From Octopus sinensis (lineage: Eukaryota), in the NCBI RefSeq assembly GCF_006345805.1, contig NC_043000.1, positions 88,660,001 to 88,724,000 on the forward strand: a stretch of DNA of 64,000 bases, in the 5' to 3' direction. A program made the position numbers and the translations under genes. Below the pieces are notes generated by a model. The model had not been told where the DNA came from, did not search any database, and was given only the letters and a program-made list of their open reading frames with translations. Positions 14,999 to 28,001 of the stretch are shown one piece after another; within the stretch, counting starts at the first letter, position 1, and each line of letters opens with the position of its first letter.

Positions 14999-15294
14999 AA
15001 TGATAGAGCGATAACCTAAAAACTTGAGATGTACAAACGTCAATGCCAAAGAAATTTCTAAAAATTTTCTAAAGGGGATACAGTACACGACGGTTAATAT
15101 AAAGTGACAAAGCAAAATTAAAAGCTAAAAATGCATCGTTTTGATTTAGGGAAATCGCAAATTTAAAAAAGGATAACCAAACTGAGCACTCATAGTCCAC
15201 ACGTATTACGTCACATGACGAAAATTCCTTGTATATTCGGGTTTTCTCTTGCTTGTTTTTTCTCTCTTTCTCTCTCTGCTCATTCTGCCTCTCT

Positions 15295-16250
15295 CCTTAC
15301 ATAGCACAAACTGGTCGACACTGGGATAACCGTTTCGCTGCACACCAACAGGACTTAGGGCTTAAGGAATAATTTGTCCCCTCCCCGTGCTTGTCATTCC
15401 ATTTAACACAATCCCTCCACTGATTCCTGTCTGGAACAAGAATTGGTTGATTTTCTCTTCAGACATCGAGACTGAACGGTTTCAATTTCCGGCTGCTTCT
15501 CATTTAACACCACTATTTTCCATTTCCCTCACATCACCCACCTCTTACATCCTCACAATCCTCTTGAAAACCGTCATGTCTTCACTCCAGATATTAAAAC
15601 GCAACACCAAACACACCTAAACGTTTAAACAATTTATAAACATCCACTTACTATCACATATACAATTCACACGCACACACACGCACACACACACACACTA
15701 GCACCTATACTTCAGTTATAGTCCCACGTATTACCAACAAGCACACATATAGGAACAAGAATATAAAAATACATTTACACTCCCTAACCCCTACACATAC
15801 TTAGAGTGTCTCTATTTCACATAAACACATCTATCTAGTATGACGCACATAATAGCCTCACACACACACACACACACACACAAACACTCACACACAACAC
15901 ACACGCCAGAATCACAGTTTGTACCTCCTTGCTCCACACACATACCAACCAGGAAACAAACACATACACAGTATATAAGCAGACACGCGCCTACACACAT
16001 ATGACAAGCCCACGGTTGTCCCACTTGCCACTCACGCCTAAAGCGACTTCAATCACTTCCGGCTATTTCCGTATACCATGCCAGTTAAGCATAAGTGTGT
16101 TTCTATTTCTTCATTTCCATTTTTCTTTTCTTTACTCTTAGTCTATTCTTTCTTTCGAATAGTGAATACTCAAAACGTAACATATTTCCTTCTTTACCCG
16201 CCATTTCCTGAGCGTCCACCAAAAACACTGAGTTTATTTTTTTCTGTCCA
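15295..16250 (+). mobile_element. Highly decayed Penelope-like 3' remnant (GIY-YIG end plus tail with dead hammerhead)
   Basis: QTGRHWDNRFAAHQQDL resembles GIY-YIG ETGRxLxxRFxEH. 16145-16250 is homologous to the HHR-bearing repeat at 26200-26310 (shared atttcctgagcg). Confidence 0.5.
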
Positions 16251-16454
16251 AATGAGTTGCAGATTCACCCATAGCGTGTACCCTGACAGTTGCTACAACT
16301 CCGGGTCAGTGTAGATCGGGGACCACAAGTGGCTAAGAGGTAAAACCACATTCCACAAAACCCCGGAACTACTGAACCAGGGAGAGTGTAAAGACGAAGG
16401 AAATATTGCTTAGCATTTTGTCTGGTATTCTCATTATTCTGACACCTCGCCATA

Positions 16455-17060
16455 ATAATAATCCTTTCTACCGAAGGCACAAAACCTGAATTTTGTGGCG
16501 AGGAGGACAGACGATCACATTGACTCCAGTACTTAACTGGTACTTAATTTATCGACCTCGAAAGGACGAAAGACAAAGTCGACCTCAGTGGAATTTGAAC
16601 CCAGAACGTTGCGGCGGACTAAATACCGCTATTTTGCCCGGCATGCGAACGATTCTCTAAGCTCACTGCGTAACAATAATAATATTTCTCTCTACTATGG
16701 GCGAAAGGCCTGACATTTAAAGAAGGGGACAAATCGATGACATCAACCCCAGGACTTAACTATCATTTATTTCATCGATCCGGAACGGATAAAAGGCAAA
16801 GTCGACTTCGGCGGAATTTGTACCCAGAACGTTGCGGCGGACTAAATACCTATTTCTTTACTACCCACAAGGGGCTAAACATAGAGCGGACAAAAGGTAC
16901 AGACAAACGGATTAAGTCGATTATATCAACCCCAGTGCGTAACTGGTACATATTTAATCGACTCCAAAAGGATGAAAGGCAAAGTCGACCTCGGCGGAAT
17001 TTGAACTCAGAATATAAAGGTGGACAAAATGCCGCTAATGATTCTATCATCTCGCTGTCC
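16455..17060 (-). mobile_element. Cluster of three SINE family A copies
   Basis: Repeated reverse-complement core aaagtcgacctcggcggaatttgaac at ~16575, ~16798, ~16980. Confidence 0.85.
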
Positions 17061-17756
17061 CGCAACAATGATAACAACAACAGTCTCAACTGCAACAATG
17101 TTTTCACTATACCTTAATTTTCAGCGATAGAAAGGAGATGTGACTGACATGGCTGAGTGCGTGTGTGTACTTGTGTATGTATATGAGTGTGCGTGTGTTT
17201 GTGGACATTTATATAGTTTATTACACAAAAATAGATTATTACTGAATTATACAAAATTATTAAAGGTGGCTTTTATTACTTTCAATTTTCATTTGCTTAC
17301 ATTTTCCATTGACGTTTATTTACATTCCCATATGTCGGTATAATTTGATGGCAATTTAGTGTAAAAGTTTTGTGCAGTTATTGCTCACATCTATGTATAT
17401 AGTATGTAATTATGTGTGAATTTATCATACAGCTAATGTTTGAAATATAATATTTATACAATATACCAGCGTTGTGCAGGGACATAAATCAGTCTGTTTA
17501 TAATTGTAGGTTATTCTATATACACACTTACCGATGCACAAAATCTCGTATATAACCTTTGTAATGACTATTACAAAGAAAAGTTTTGCACATTTTCCAT
17601 CACACGTCATCTGAAATGGAAATACAATTTTGATGAAATATATACTACCATACATATATGCATACAAACAAATGTAATTACACACGTACTCGCACACGCA
17701 CACACAAACACACACACACACATACATATATGAAAAACTTACTGGTAAGAAAAATC

Positions 17757-18906
17757 GGGATGTGTGGCGTTCAATTAATAAATGAAAAATGCATTGAATA
17801 AACGACGATAGCTAAAAAATGTACACGTAGGACAGGCACTGAAGGCCCTAATTATTCATTAGCTATCAATGGTAATACTTAGTTTCATGCCTTTAATGAC
17901 AATACTGAGAACTTGACATATGTGTAGCACCCGCAAAATTCTCGGAGAAATAGGGCTTTGAGCGAACAAAACGAATCAGAGTTGACGTACGAAAATAAAC
18001 AAATGTAATTAAAGATGATTGACAAAGATGGAATAGACAGGTCTATGAGAAAAATACGGCCTTTCGGCCAAAAGGACTATGGTCTGGGATAATGCTTGAA
18101 TGGATCTTGAATGGGTATAGAAAGACGAATAGCAAGAGAGGAGATCGATATCGGCCGGCTAGCTAAGCGTCTCGTGCGAATGCGAGAGAAAAAGAGGAGA
18201 AAGTGAGGATGCTAGAAATAGAAGTAAAGGACGAAAGAGAAAAAGGAAGGTAGGGGATACAGTCGCATTTAGATATATATATATATATATATATTAATAT
18301 ATGAAAAAGGATGCGTGGCGTTCAGTTACTCAATAAATGAAAAATGATTTAAATAAACAACAATAGCTAAAAAAAACGTGCACGTAGGCTATCAACCGAA
18401 TGGTAATACTCAATTTTATGCCTTTAAGGATAATACTAAGAATTTTCCCATTTCTCTACCTTTTTCGCACTGGACACTTAGCTATCCGTTCGATATCTAT
18501 CTCCTCTCTTGTTATTCGTCGTTCTATATCCGTTCAAGATTTCTTCCAGGCGTTACCCTTCATATTCGTCTTTTTTGGCGGTAAGACCGTACTTTTCTCG
18601 TCCACGTATTTTATTTGTCCGCATATTTTTCTCGTTCACCTAATTATTCGATCTTTGTCAATCGTCTTAAATTACATTTGTTTACTTTCGTTCGTCAACT
18701 CTGTATCGTTTTGTTCGCTTAAAGCCCTAATTCCCCGCAAATTTTGTGGGTGTCACCGGTATGCGAAGTTCTCAGTATTATCATTAAAGGCATGAAACTA
18801 AGTATTACCATTGATAACTAATGAAAAATTAGAGCTTTCTGTGTCTGCCTTACGTGTACATTTCTTTTAGCTATCATTGTTTATTTAGTGCATTTTTCAT
18901 TTATTA
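17757..18906. repeat. Inverted duplication with partial direct copy (Penelope pseudo-LTR-like layout)
   Basis: 17775-18185 is the diverged reverse complement of ~18460-18906. 18310-18440 is a direct partial copy of 17760-17910. TA runs at 18272-18295 and after 18910. Confidence 0.75.
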
Positions 18907-18911
18907 CATGT

Positions 18912-18944
<33 letters not shown>

Positions 18945-19369
18945 GACAGATAACTGAAAGAAAATGAAATTCAAAATCTCAACAATTGTTTCGACAAATT
19001 TTTACACCCGCAGTGCATTGGTGAGATGTTGTGTAATGATTATCATATATCTAAGGTGTGAAAGTGAGAGTCATCAGGTGATTGTCTAAATAAGACTTCC
19101 GATTGATCCTCCATTTATTTCACTCTGTGTGAGAATCCATACCCCGGTTGTTTTAAATAAGTCTTTAGATTCTCACACAGAGGGAAATGAAGATAGGATC
19201 TAATGAAGGACGTATTTAATAAATCATCTCAGGAGACGCATTTTACAAATTGGATATATGGTTTGCTTTGCAAATCTTTGTTCAACCTTCCCTCCATCCC
19301 TCCTTCAATCAACAATCTGTCTGTATGCATGGCCACCCATCTGTTCTATCTCACCGTGTCTCTCCCTCA

Positions 19370-19750
19370 GTTGGGCAAAATACTTAACGGCATTCCGTCT
19401 GTTGTTACATTTTGAGTTCGAATTCAGCCGAGATCGACTTTGCCTTTTATCATTTTGAGATGGATAAAATAAGTACTAGTTGAGCACTAACCCTTTTCCT
19501 CGAAATTGCTGATCTTGTGTCAAAGTTTGAAACCAATATTTAGTAGCTGAGAATCGTTAGTCTGGCAAAATGGTTTGTGGCAATTCGTCCGTCTTTACGT
19601 TCTGTGTTCAAATTCCGCAGAAGTCGGCTTTGCCTTTCATCATTTCGGGGTCGATAAACTATGTACCATCTGGGAGTATTAGCGTCTGTGTAATACAGCT
19701 CACTCCTCTCCTCCGACGTTTCTGGCCTTGTGCCCAAATTTGAAAGCAAT
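19370..19750 (+). mobile_element. Two SINE family A copies
   Basis: Core gagttcgaattcagccgagatcgactttgcc (19413) and gttcaaattccgcagaagtcggctttgcctttcatc (19606). Confidence 0.75.
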
Positions 19751-19923
19751 ATTTTGTAGATCACCTTTTCATTTTCAATTGCAGTATCATAACATTACAT
19801 ATACGGCATATAAGGAAAATAATTGTACATGAGATGTGAAAAGAAACATCGTAAATTACAAACGTCATTTAAAAAGTTAAAACAATTTCAGACCTCTCTA
19901 CGTGTCTCACACGTTATATATAA

Positions 19924-19957
<34 letters not shown>

Positions 19958-20002
19958 TAGCTAGATACAATATATACATAGACTGAAACATACATATATG
20001 TG

Positions 20003-20042
<40 letters not shown>

Positions 20043-20408
20043 TATGAGTGTGTCTGTGTGTCCAAAAAACGGAAGGAGAGACACGGTGAAAGAGAACAGA
20101 TGGGAAGCCATGCGTACAGACGGATTGTTGATCGAGAGAGTGATGGAGGGAAGGTTGAACAGAGATTAGCAAAGCAAACCGAGTCTCAGTTGAAATTATT
20201 TTTGATGTTGAAAGTCAAAGAGTGACAGTCACATATATAATATTATTTATATGTATATTTTGCCACCCAAACAATATTACTTTCTAAAATAAGTAAATGG
20301 GTTTCCGTCGGTTTCGATTGTGACTACTTTATTTGTTTGATCAACTACACTGCCTACATATGAAATTATAATCAGTGATGTTTTCCCTAAACCTTTATAT
20401 ACTTAAAG

Positions 20409-20763
20409 CAGTGGTTCTCAACCGGGGTCCATACGGCCCCTGAGGTCTCATATAAGATTTTTTGGGGATCCACGTAACAAAATAGTAAATTGGAGATCCA
20501 TGGTAGTATTTTAAGGGTCCCTGAAAATATGTTGCTTTGGATATAGGTATTCGTATATATTGCAAGAAACGGCAAGCTTTCTTTCTCTAACATTTTACAT
20601 AGTTCAACCTACACAAATTAATGTGGGAAAAAGAAAATAGGAATTTTGAAAGAATTTTCTGTGAGACTAGTTTTTTAACATCGAATATCTATGTGGGTCT
20701 CCATAGGGGTCCATATGATAACATAGGGGTCCATATGATAACAAAAAAGTCGAGAACCACATG
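20409..20763. mobile_element. hAT/Charlie-type MITE
   Basis: Termini cagtggttctcaacc ... gtcgagaaccac; internal sequence collinear with the copy at 57424-57753. Confidence 0.75.
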
Positions 20764-20869
20764 ACAGTACCTTACATTAATTCTGAGCATTACTCTGTGA
20801 CCAAGTTAACTCATCGTATTACAGGTACAGAATATCCAACGATTTACCAATTTCACTGAAGCTGTTTCT

Positions 20870-21271
20870 TATTTCTTTACTGCCCACAAGGGGCTAACAA
20901 GGACACACAAAGGGATTAAGTCGATTATATCGAACCCAGTGCGTAACTGGTACTTATTTTATCGACCCCCGAAAGGATGAAAGACAAAGTCGACCTCGGC
21001 GGAATTTGAACTCAGAACGTAACGGCAGACGAACTACCTATTTCTTTACTACCCACGAGAGGCTAAACACAGAAGGGACAAACAAGGACAGACAAACGGA
21101 TTAAGTCGATTATATCGAACCCAGTGCGTAACTGGTACTTATTTAATTGACCTCGAAAGGATGAAAGGCAAAGTCGACCTCGGCGGAATTTGAACTCAGG
21201 ACGTAGCGGCAGACGAAATACTGCTAAGCATTTCGCCCGTTGTGCTAACGTTTCTGCCAGCTCGCCGCCTT
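20870..21271 (-). mobile_element. Dimeric SINE family A with 21-bp target-site duplication
   Basis: Head ggcggcgagctggcagaaacgttagc (minus) and two tandem bodies, flanked by the exact direct repeat aatttcactgaagctgtttct at 20849-20869 and 21272-21292. Confidence 0.92.
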
Positions 21272-21944
21272 AATTTCACTGAAGCTGTTTCTGTCACCTG
21301 TCGCTATGCTGATGAACACTAATGCTGATATCCAACATTAGTGGGATTAGATCCCATGAATGCAAAGCAAATTTCTTAACCAGTCGGTCGATTCGCCGAC
21401 TCTATCACGTATAAAATGCCTGATGTTACGTTAAGGTTGCCTTTGTATGTAAAATACTCAGCTGCTTAATCGGTAACAGGAAATATATGCAGTTCAATAA
21501 TCGAAAACCTACAATACTTGTCAGCCAAACCTTTGAAGATCAAAATACTTTTTCTGTTTTATTATTTAACATATGCACCTTTATACATATAAATGTATAT
21601 AAGTGTACAAGTGAGCATTTAAACAACTGCGTGTGTTTGATTTGTGTCTCTGTGTGTGTAAGTATTGGTATTTGTGTGCGTGTGTCTGTGCATGTATGCC
21701 TTTACATATGAGTGTATACGTAGTTGTTCCATTTTGCACTGATAGTCATTCCATAGAAACACGCATATACATATAATAATAAATGCTAATTTATGTGCGT
21801 GATTTCTGGCTTATATATTCAGCCCTCTGGGTTGGGGTCTATCTACATTACACTGGACCTCCGACCTGCCGTTACGGACACCTAATGAAGCCAATGTGTG
21901 TGTGTGTGTGTGTGTGTGTACGTACGTGAGTGTATGTTTTATCT

Positions 21945-22115
21945 TTTGATCGTTCCAGTCATAGGATTGCGGTCATGCTGTGACCCCGTCTTGGAGGGTT
22001 AAGTTGCACGAATCAACGCCAGGACTTACTTCTTTTAAGCTTGATACTTATTCTATCGTTTTCATACGAACCACTAAGTTATGGGGTTGTAAACAAACCA
22101 GTAACGGCTGCACAA
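21945..22115 (-). mobile_element. SINE family B 3' fragment
   Basis: Reverse complement of the tail at 23425-23590. Confidence 0.6.
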
Positions 22116-22394
22116 TGGTGGTGTTGGGCATTCACAATGGTGGTGTTGGGCATTCACAAACACAAAGACACGCGCACACACGCACAGATAAACACACGGA
22201 CACATACACACACAAACACACACACTCATACTTTAAAAGAGGACATTGGAAAAATTTGTGTATTATCTATTCACCATTACAAGTCTTCCGTTTGGTAATA
22301 GGAGTTATAAAATTGTAGGATAAACATGAAAGGTATCTCCTAATAGAAGTTCTTCAAACAGATAATCAAGTAATAACATTATATGATTCTGTAT

Positions 22395-22610
22395 AAGGCG
22401 GTGAGCTGACAGAATGGTTATCACGCCGGGCAAAATACTTATCGGCATTTCGTAACCCTTTACGTTTAGATTTCAAATTCCGCCCATGTAGACTTTGCCT
22501 TCCATACTTTCGAGGTCGATAAAATAAGCCATTTGAGCAATGGCCTCGATGAAACCAATTTACCCGCTCACCAAAACTGCTGGGGCTTGTGCCAAAATTT
22601 GAAACCAATA
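22395..22610 (+). mobile_element. SINE family A
   Basis: aggcggtgagctgacagaatggttatcacgccggg head, core, and aaaatttgaaaccaat tail. Confidence 0.8.
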
Positions 22611-22958
22611 TAATTTCAGTTTCTACTGAAGAATTTCTCCTACATGCACAATTTTGTAACTTTAATTAACATATGAAACATGTGCAATAGTGAATAATAC
22701 TACCAATACTATTTTTCCCCAATCACCTATCTTGATATGTATGTACTCTGCTACAATACTTCCCAGAATTTTCAACTCTTATGCATAACTTCCACAAATA
22801 AGGCATCCACATACAGCTTTGAAGTTCGAGTATAAGCAGATTTGCTTCAAGAGGACACATCTTGAATTATAACCCTGTCTACATAACTTATGTGTGTATG
22901 TGTGTGTCTTTGTATCTGTATGTATATATGTGTGTATGTATGTATGTATGTATGTATG

Positions 22959-22989
<31 letters not shown>

Positions 22990-23017
22990 GTATGTATGTA
23001 TGTTTAAATATATACAC

Positions 23018-23590
23018 ACGGCGGGTTTACGGTCTTTTTTCATCGTCGTCTTTCAAATCTACTCATAAGGCCTTGGTCGATCCGCTTGCTATAATGTAAT
23101 ACTTGCTCAAGGTGCCACGCAGTGGAACTGAATCAAGTGCTAGGGAAGCAAACTTCATAACACACAACCAGACCTACACTCACACGCACACAGCCACGCC
23201 TACACACATAATGCATAGGCGCAAGCATGGCTGTGTGGTAAGAAGCTTGCTCCCCAACCACATGGTTCATCCCCACTCTGTGGCACCTCTTGTATAAGCT
23301 CGGGCAAGTGTCTTCTACTGTATCCTCGGGACGACCAAAGCCCTGCGAGTGGATTTGGTAGATAAAAACTGAAAGAAGCCCATCGTATACGTGTGTGCGT
23401 CTGTCTCCCTGCCATAGCTTTACAACGGATGCTGGTGTGTTTATGGCCCCGTAATGTAGCAGCTCGACAAAAAGGATCGATAGAATAAGTACTAGGCTTA
23501 AAAAGAATAAGTCTTGGGGTCGATTTGTTCGACTAAAACCCATCAAGGTGGTGCTCGAGCATGGCTGCAGTCAAATGACTGAAGCAAATA
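23018..23590. mobile_element. SINE family B pair, back-to-back (minus partial 23018-23200; plus 23218-23590)
   Basis: Head ggcgcaagcatggctgtgtggtaagaagcttgct and central gggcaagtgtcttctact...gagtggatttggtag; reverse-complement copy immediately upstream. Confidence 0.75.
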
Positions 23591-24347
23591 GAAGAAAACC
23601 AAATAATAATACTGTTTCCCTGACGGGCTATATTTATGGAAATGATATTATATGTTTGTTATTCTTTGACTTGCAACTTCAAAAATCATTTCAACTGAGA
23701 AACGATATACTAGCTCTACTCTCTCCATCCATCCATCCATCCATCCATCCATCCATCCACCCACACGTTCATCAATCTAACTGTCTGCCTCTGTGCATGT
23801 CTACCCATCTATTTTCTTTCTGTCACTCAGTATGCACACATGCAGATATACAAACAAATGTATATATCTTTATATCTATCTATTCATTTTCCCCTTTCTG
23901 CTTATATATGTTTCCTTATATATGTCTGTGTATGTGTACGTGCATACATACATACACACACATATACATACGCTAACAGAATACCACCCGCGGGGTTGCA
24001 AGCTCGTAAGACAGTTCCGATAATTACATAATAAATCGATTCTAACCTTTACATTTAGTGTGCAAGTGACATCAATATCATATTTACGTTATAGATACTC
24101 ATGGATTGACGCAGATATAAAAATAAATATATAAATGAACTACCTTACTACTTTCCACTTTATAAAATTATCAAATTTTGACGAATACATAGCCATTGAT
24201 ATAGTTACACATATACATATCTAAATACATATACACACACCAGTTTCCTTTCCATATTTCTCAATTGCTTTATATTCAATTTGTAAAATAATTGTAATTG
24301 CGTAATCGTTCACCTAACTAGTCATCAATATTTTACATAAAACTACA

Positions 24348-25135
24348 CGACGAGCTGGCAGAAACGTTAGCACGCCGGGCGAAATGCGTAGCCGTATTTC
24401 GTCTGCCTTTACGTTCTGAATTCAAATTCCGCCAAGGTCGACTTTGCCTTTCATCCTTTCGGAGTCGATAAATAAAGTACTAGTTACGCACTGGGGTCGA
24501 TGCAATCGACTTAATCACTTTGTCTATCCTTGTTTGTCCCATCTGTGTTTAGCCCCTTATGGTTAGTAAAGAAATAGGTATTTCGTCTGCCGCTACGTTC
24601 TGAGTTCAAATTCCGCCGAGGTCGACTTTGCCTTTCATCCTTTCGGGGTCGATTAATTAAGTACCAGTTACGCACTGGGATCGATGTAATCGACTTAATC
24701 CGTTTGTCTGTCCTTGTTTGTCCTCTCTGTGTTTAGCCCCTTGTGGGTAGTAAAGAAATAGGTATCCCGTCCGTCTTTACCTTCTGCGTTCAAATTCAGT
24801 CGAGGTTGACTCTGCCTTTCCTCTTTGGAGGTCGATAAAATAAGTTCCAGATGATCAAACGGGTCGATGAAAGCTACTTAGCCTCCCGCTAAATTGCTGG
24901 CCTTCTTTCAAAATCTCAAATCAGTATTCATCAAAAGGCAGCGAGCGGGAAGAATCGTAAGCCCGCTGCACAAAATACTTAACAGCATTTCGCTCGTCTT
25001 CACGTTCTGAATCTTCAAGTCGACTTTGTCTTTTATCTTTCAGGTGTAGATAAAACAAGTATCCATTGTACACTGGGGTTAACGTAATCGACTTATCCCC
25101 TCCACCGAAAATTCTTGGCTTTATAAACCAATATC
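24348..25135 (+). mobile_element. SINE family A tandem multimer (3 bodies) plus a fourth copy
   Basis: Core repeated at ~24412, ~24595, ~24783, ~25002; bodies joined by gtaaagaaataggtat. Confidence 0.9.
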
Positions 25136-25916
25136 ACAAGACACAGCCTACATTTGTTGTCTGTCAAGGTTTACTGTCGCGGGAATCTCTTGATTTTGAA
25201 TTATGCATAGGTGGCCTTAAAAGTGAGATGTCATAAAATTGTTGGTAGTCCACGCCAAGCCCAAGCAATTGTTATGATCTATTACCATCTGGGCTTACGT
25301 CTATCGTGCCAAACACTCAAACACTAAATGATCTCGTCTATTGTATTATTTTGTTGTTTTGATAAACAGAATTTACCAATGTTCCTTGGGGAGAGATAAA
25401 TATCACTTCATATTTCATGACTTCAAGTTCATTAGATATCCGAAATATGTTGTTGATTTCGTACTCGCAAACTTTGCTACAAACAATACTGACTTCTTTC
25501 CTCTGCTGCTGGTATAGTTTCCGTACTACCATACGTGTTTCATATGACATCAAAAGATATTTAAGACCACAGCGACCACCCTTGCGTTTGAAGTATAGCC
25601 TACCTACATTTCTCTTGATGGTGAAGTTTATGTATGTATGTATAATATATAAATATATAAATGCAGACGTGCACATATGTTTATAATATATATATATATA
25701 AATAAATAATTCTTTTGCTGAATTTTTTTTATTCTTGAGAACACATTCTTCGTGGAAAATGGCGATTTTGACGTCTATATCTAGCATATAAGCTGTCCAT
25801 TTTTTTTTATTGGTCACTCCTCTAAATTTTGTATGTAAACATTTTTTATCTCCGGATTTTTTAAAAATATGCTAGGCCACTGGTTTTAATTGATTAATAT
25901 CAATTTCTACCCTTAT

Positions 25917-25975
<59 letters not shown>

Positions 25976-26101
25976 ATAAATATTAGGGAATAAATCCAAA
26001 TTTACAGGGAAAAAATCAGATGTAGGATTAAAAATTTTATGTATTGATTAAGTCTTTCCTTGTTTGTTTTACAAAATAGTGGTTTTGTCTCGAATTAATA
26101 T

Positions 26102-26170
<69 letters not shown>

Positions 26171-26173
<3 letters not shown>

Positions 26174-26372
26174 GGGAAGCTTTATGAAAATAAACAAAAG
26201 ACGAAGGCAGGTGGAAAACAAACGAACAATTGTATTAGTATGGCGCTCAGGAAATATAAATAAAACAAGTCTTTAACGTTTCGAGCCTACGCTCTTCAAC
26301 AGAAAGATACACAGAGAGAGAAAAACACAGAAAGAAGGAGAGAAAAAAAATGCGTGCAGTAGCTAACGAATC
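26171..26372 (-). mobile_element. Short (TA)n-embedded non-coding element with hammerhead-like motif (26270-26307)
   Basis: Minus: UCUUU-CUGUUGA-A-GAGC GUAG GCUC-GAAA-CG-UU-AAAGA. Perfect stems I and II, core has A6->U; (TA)n on both sides. Confidence 0.7.
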
Positions 26373-26479
26373 ATATATATATATATATAAGCACACACGC
26401 ATCTGTGTGTGTCAGTGCGTGAGCCAAAGTGTTTTTGCATTTATGTGTGCGTTTGTGGTTTTGTAAAGATATATATATT

Positions 26480-26850
26480 CGTGGCACACCGTCGGTTACG
26501 ACGACGAGTGTTCCAGTTGATCCGATCAACTGAACAGCCTGCTCGTGAAATTAACGTACAAGTGGCTGAGCACTCCACAGACACGTGTACCCTAAATGTA
26601 GTTCTCGGGGAGATTCAGCGTGACACAGAGTATGACAAGACTGGTCCTTCGAAATACAGGTAGAACAGAAACGGGAAGAAAGAGTGAGAGAAAGTTGTGG
26701 TGAAAGATTACAGCAGTGTTCGCCACGCCCGCCCCTGCCAGAGCCTTGTGGAGCTTTAAGTATTTTCGCTCAATAAACACTGACAACGCCCGGTTTGGGA
26801 ATCGACAGACCGCGAATCCGCTGCCTTATGCACTGGGCCATTGCGCCTCA
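26480..26850 (-). mobile_element. tRNA-derived SINE family C
   Basis: Minus-strand head gaggcgcaatggcccagtg...ggcagcggattcgcgg...tcgattccc (A/B boxes); related copies at 32470-32535 and 44165-44452. Confidence 0.8.
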
Positions 26851-26912
26851 CACATGCGTATACTCACACACGCGCACGCACACACACACACGCACGCACA
26901 CACACACACACA

Positions 26913-27125
26913 CAGGGTGACCCAAAAGTAGTTTTTTAGTTATATTAAACTATCTCTTTTGCATTCATATTCTAACAGTTTACATTTTAATTACAAAAAA
27001 TATGAAACCATTATTCTATGCTAATTTAGTTAATAGTAAGATAGAAATTTAAATGTAATAAAAAGTTTTAAAAGAAAGTTAAAGAGGCTACGTAATAACT
27101 GTGAACCTACTTTTGGGTCATACAT
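26913..27125. mobile_element. Tc1/mariner-type MITE (~210 bp)
   Basis: TIR cagggtgacccaaaagtag; tgacccaaaagtag (26918-26931) pairs with ctacttttgggtca (27107-27120). Confidence 0.65.
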
Positions 27126-28001
27126 ATATATATATATATATGACATGACCAGAGACACGTACGTCCTTTCATTTTCACTAAATATACTTATTTACTTCTA
27201 ATACTTTCTTTATTGATTTTAATGCTTTTAATTTGATTGTTTTCTATGTTTTAACGAAAACTGCACTTGATTTCATATATGTTATATAAAATCCGTTCTG
27301 TCTGTCGGAAATTATTTTGCCTTAACTTCGTTTCTTTCCTGCTTACTGTTTAAACCATGCTTGTGTTCTCCCAGTCAACAGCCTTTTCATTACTGGTACT
27401 TTTAACTCTTCGATGTCTCAAATTTAGGTTAAATCAGCGTTTCTCAAAGGGGAGGCCTATGAGACGGTCGGACATGTTGTTTTGAGAAAATTTGGTTTAA
27501 ATGTTTGACAACTCAAAACCATCCATTGGATGGTGGGGGGGGGAGGTTTACTCGTCGTATATATTTAAATAAATGACACAGGTTCTTCTTTAATCGAAAG
27601 CAAAATATTGAAGATATTTTATTTTTGTCATATTATTCTACTTTTCCCTTCATTCATTTACTCTATCTTTTGCTCAGATTTAATCACAACAAAGATATTA
27701 TTAAATAAATAACAAACTGGAGAAAATAACGTGATATTTTTTTATATTATATTACTAGAACTCAATAAATCCTAGTGTAATATATTCGTGTCGAATGAAG
27801 ATTAATAAAAACAAGCATAGAATAAAATCATATAAGAGGTGACCCATTGAGTTCTGTGAATTGAAATATATTGGTCGTCCTAATATAAGCAACCCAAAAG
27901 TTCAATAATGTACAATTTAATGTAAAGATGTCTTTCATGTATAAGAAACTGAAATCAGTTTCGAATTAAAACTAAATCTATATTAATATATCATCTCAAA
28001 A

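Noticed and set aside
21800-21895. Possible HDV-like or hammerhead ribozyme (gacacctaatgaagcc)
   Set aside because: Core mutated, 3' half missing, and no HDV pseudoknot could be built
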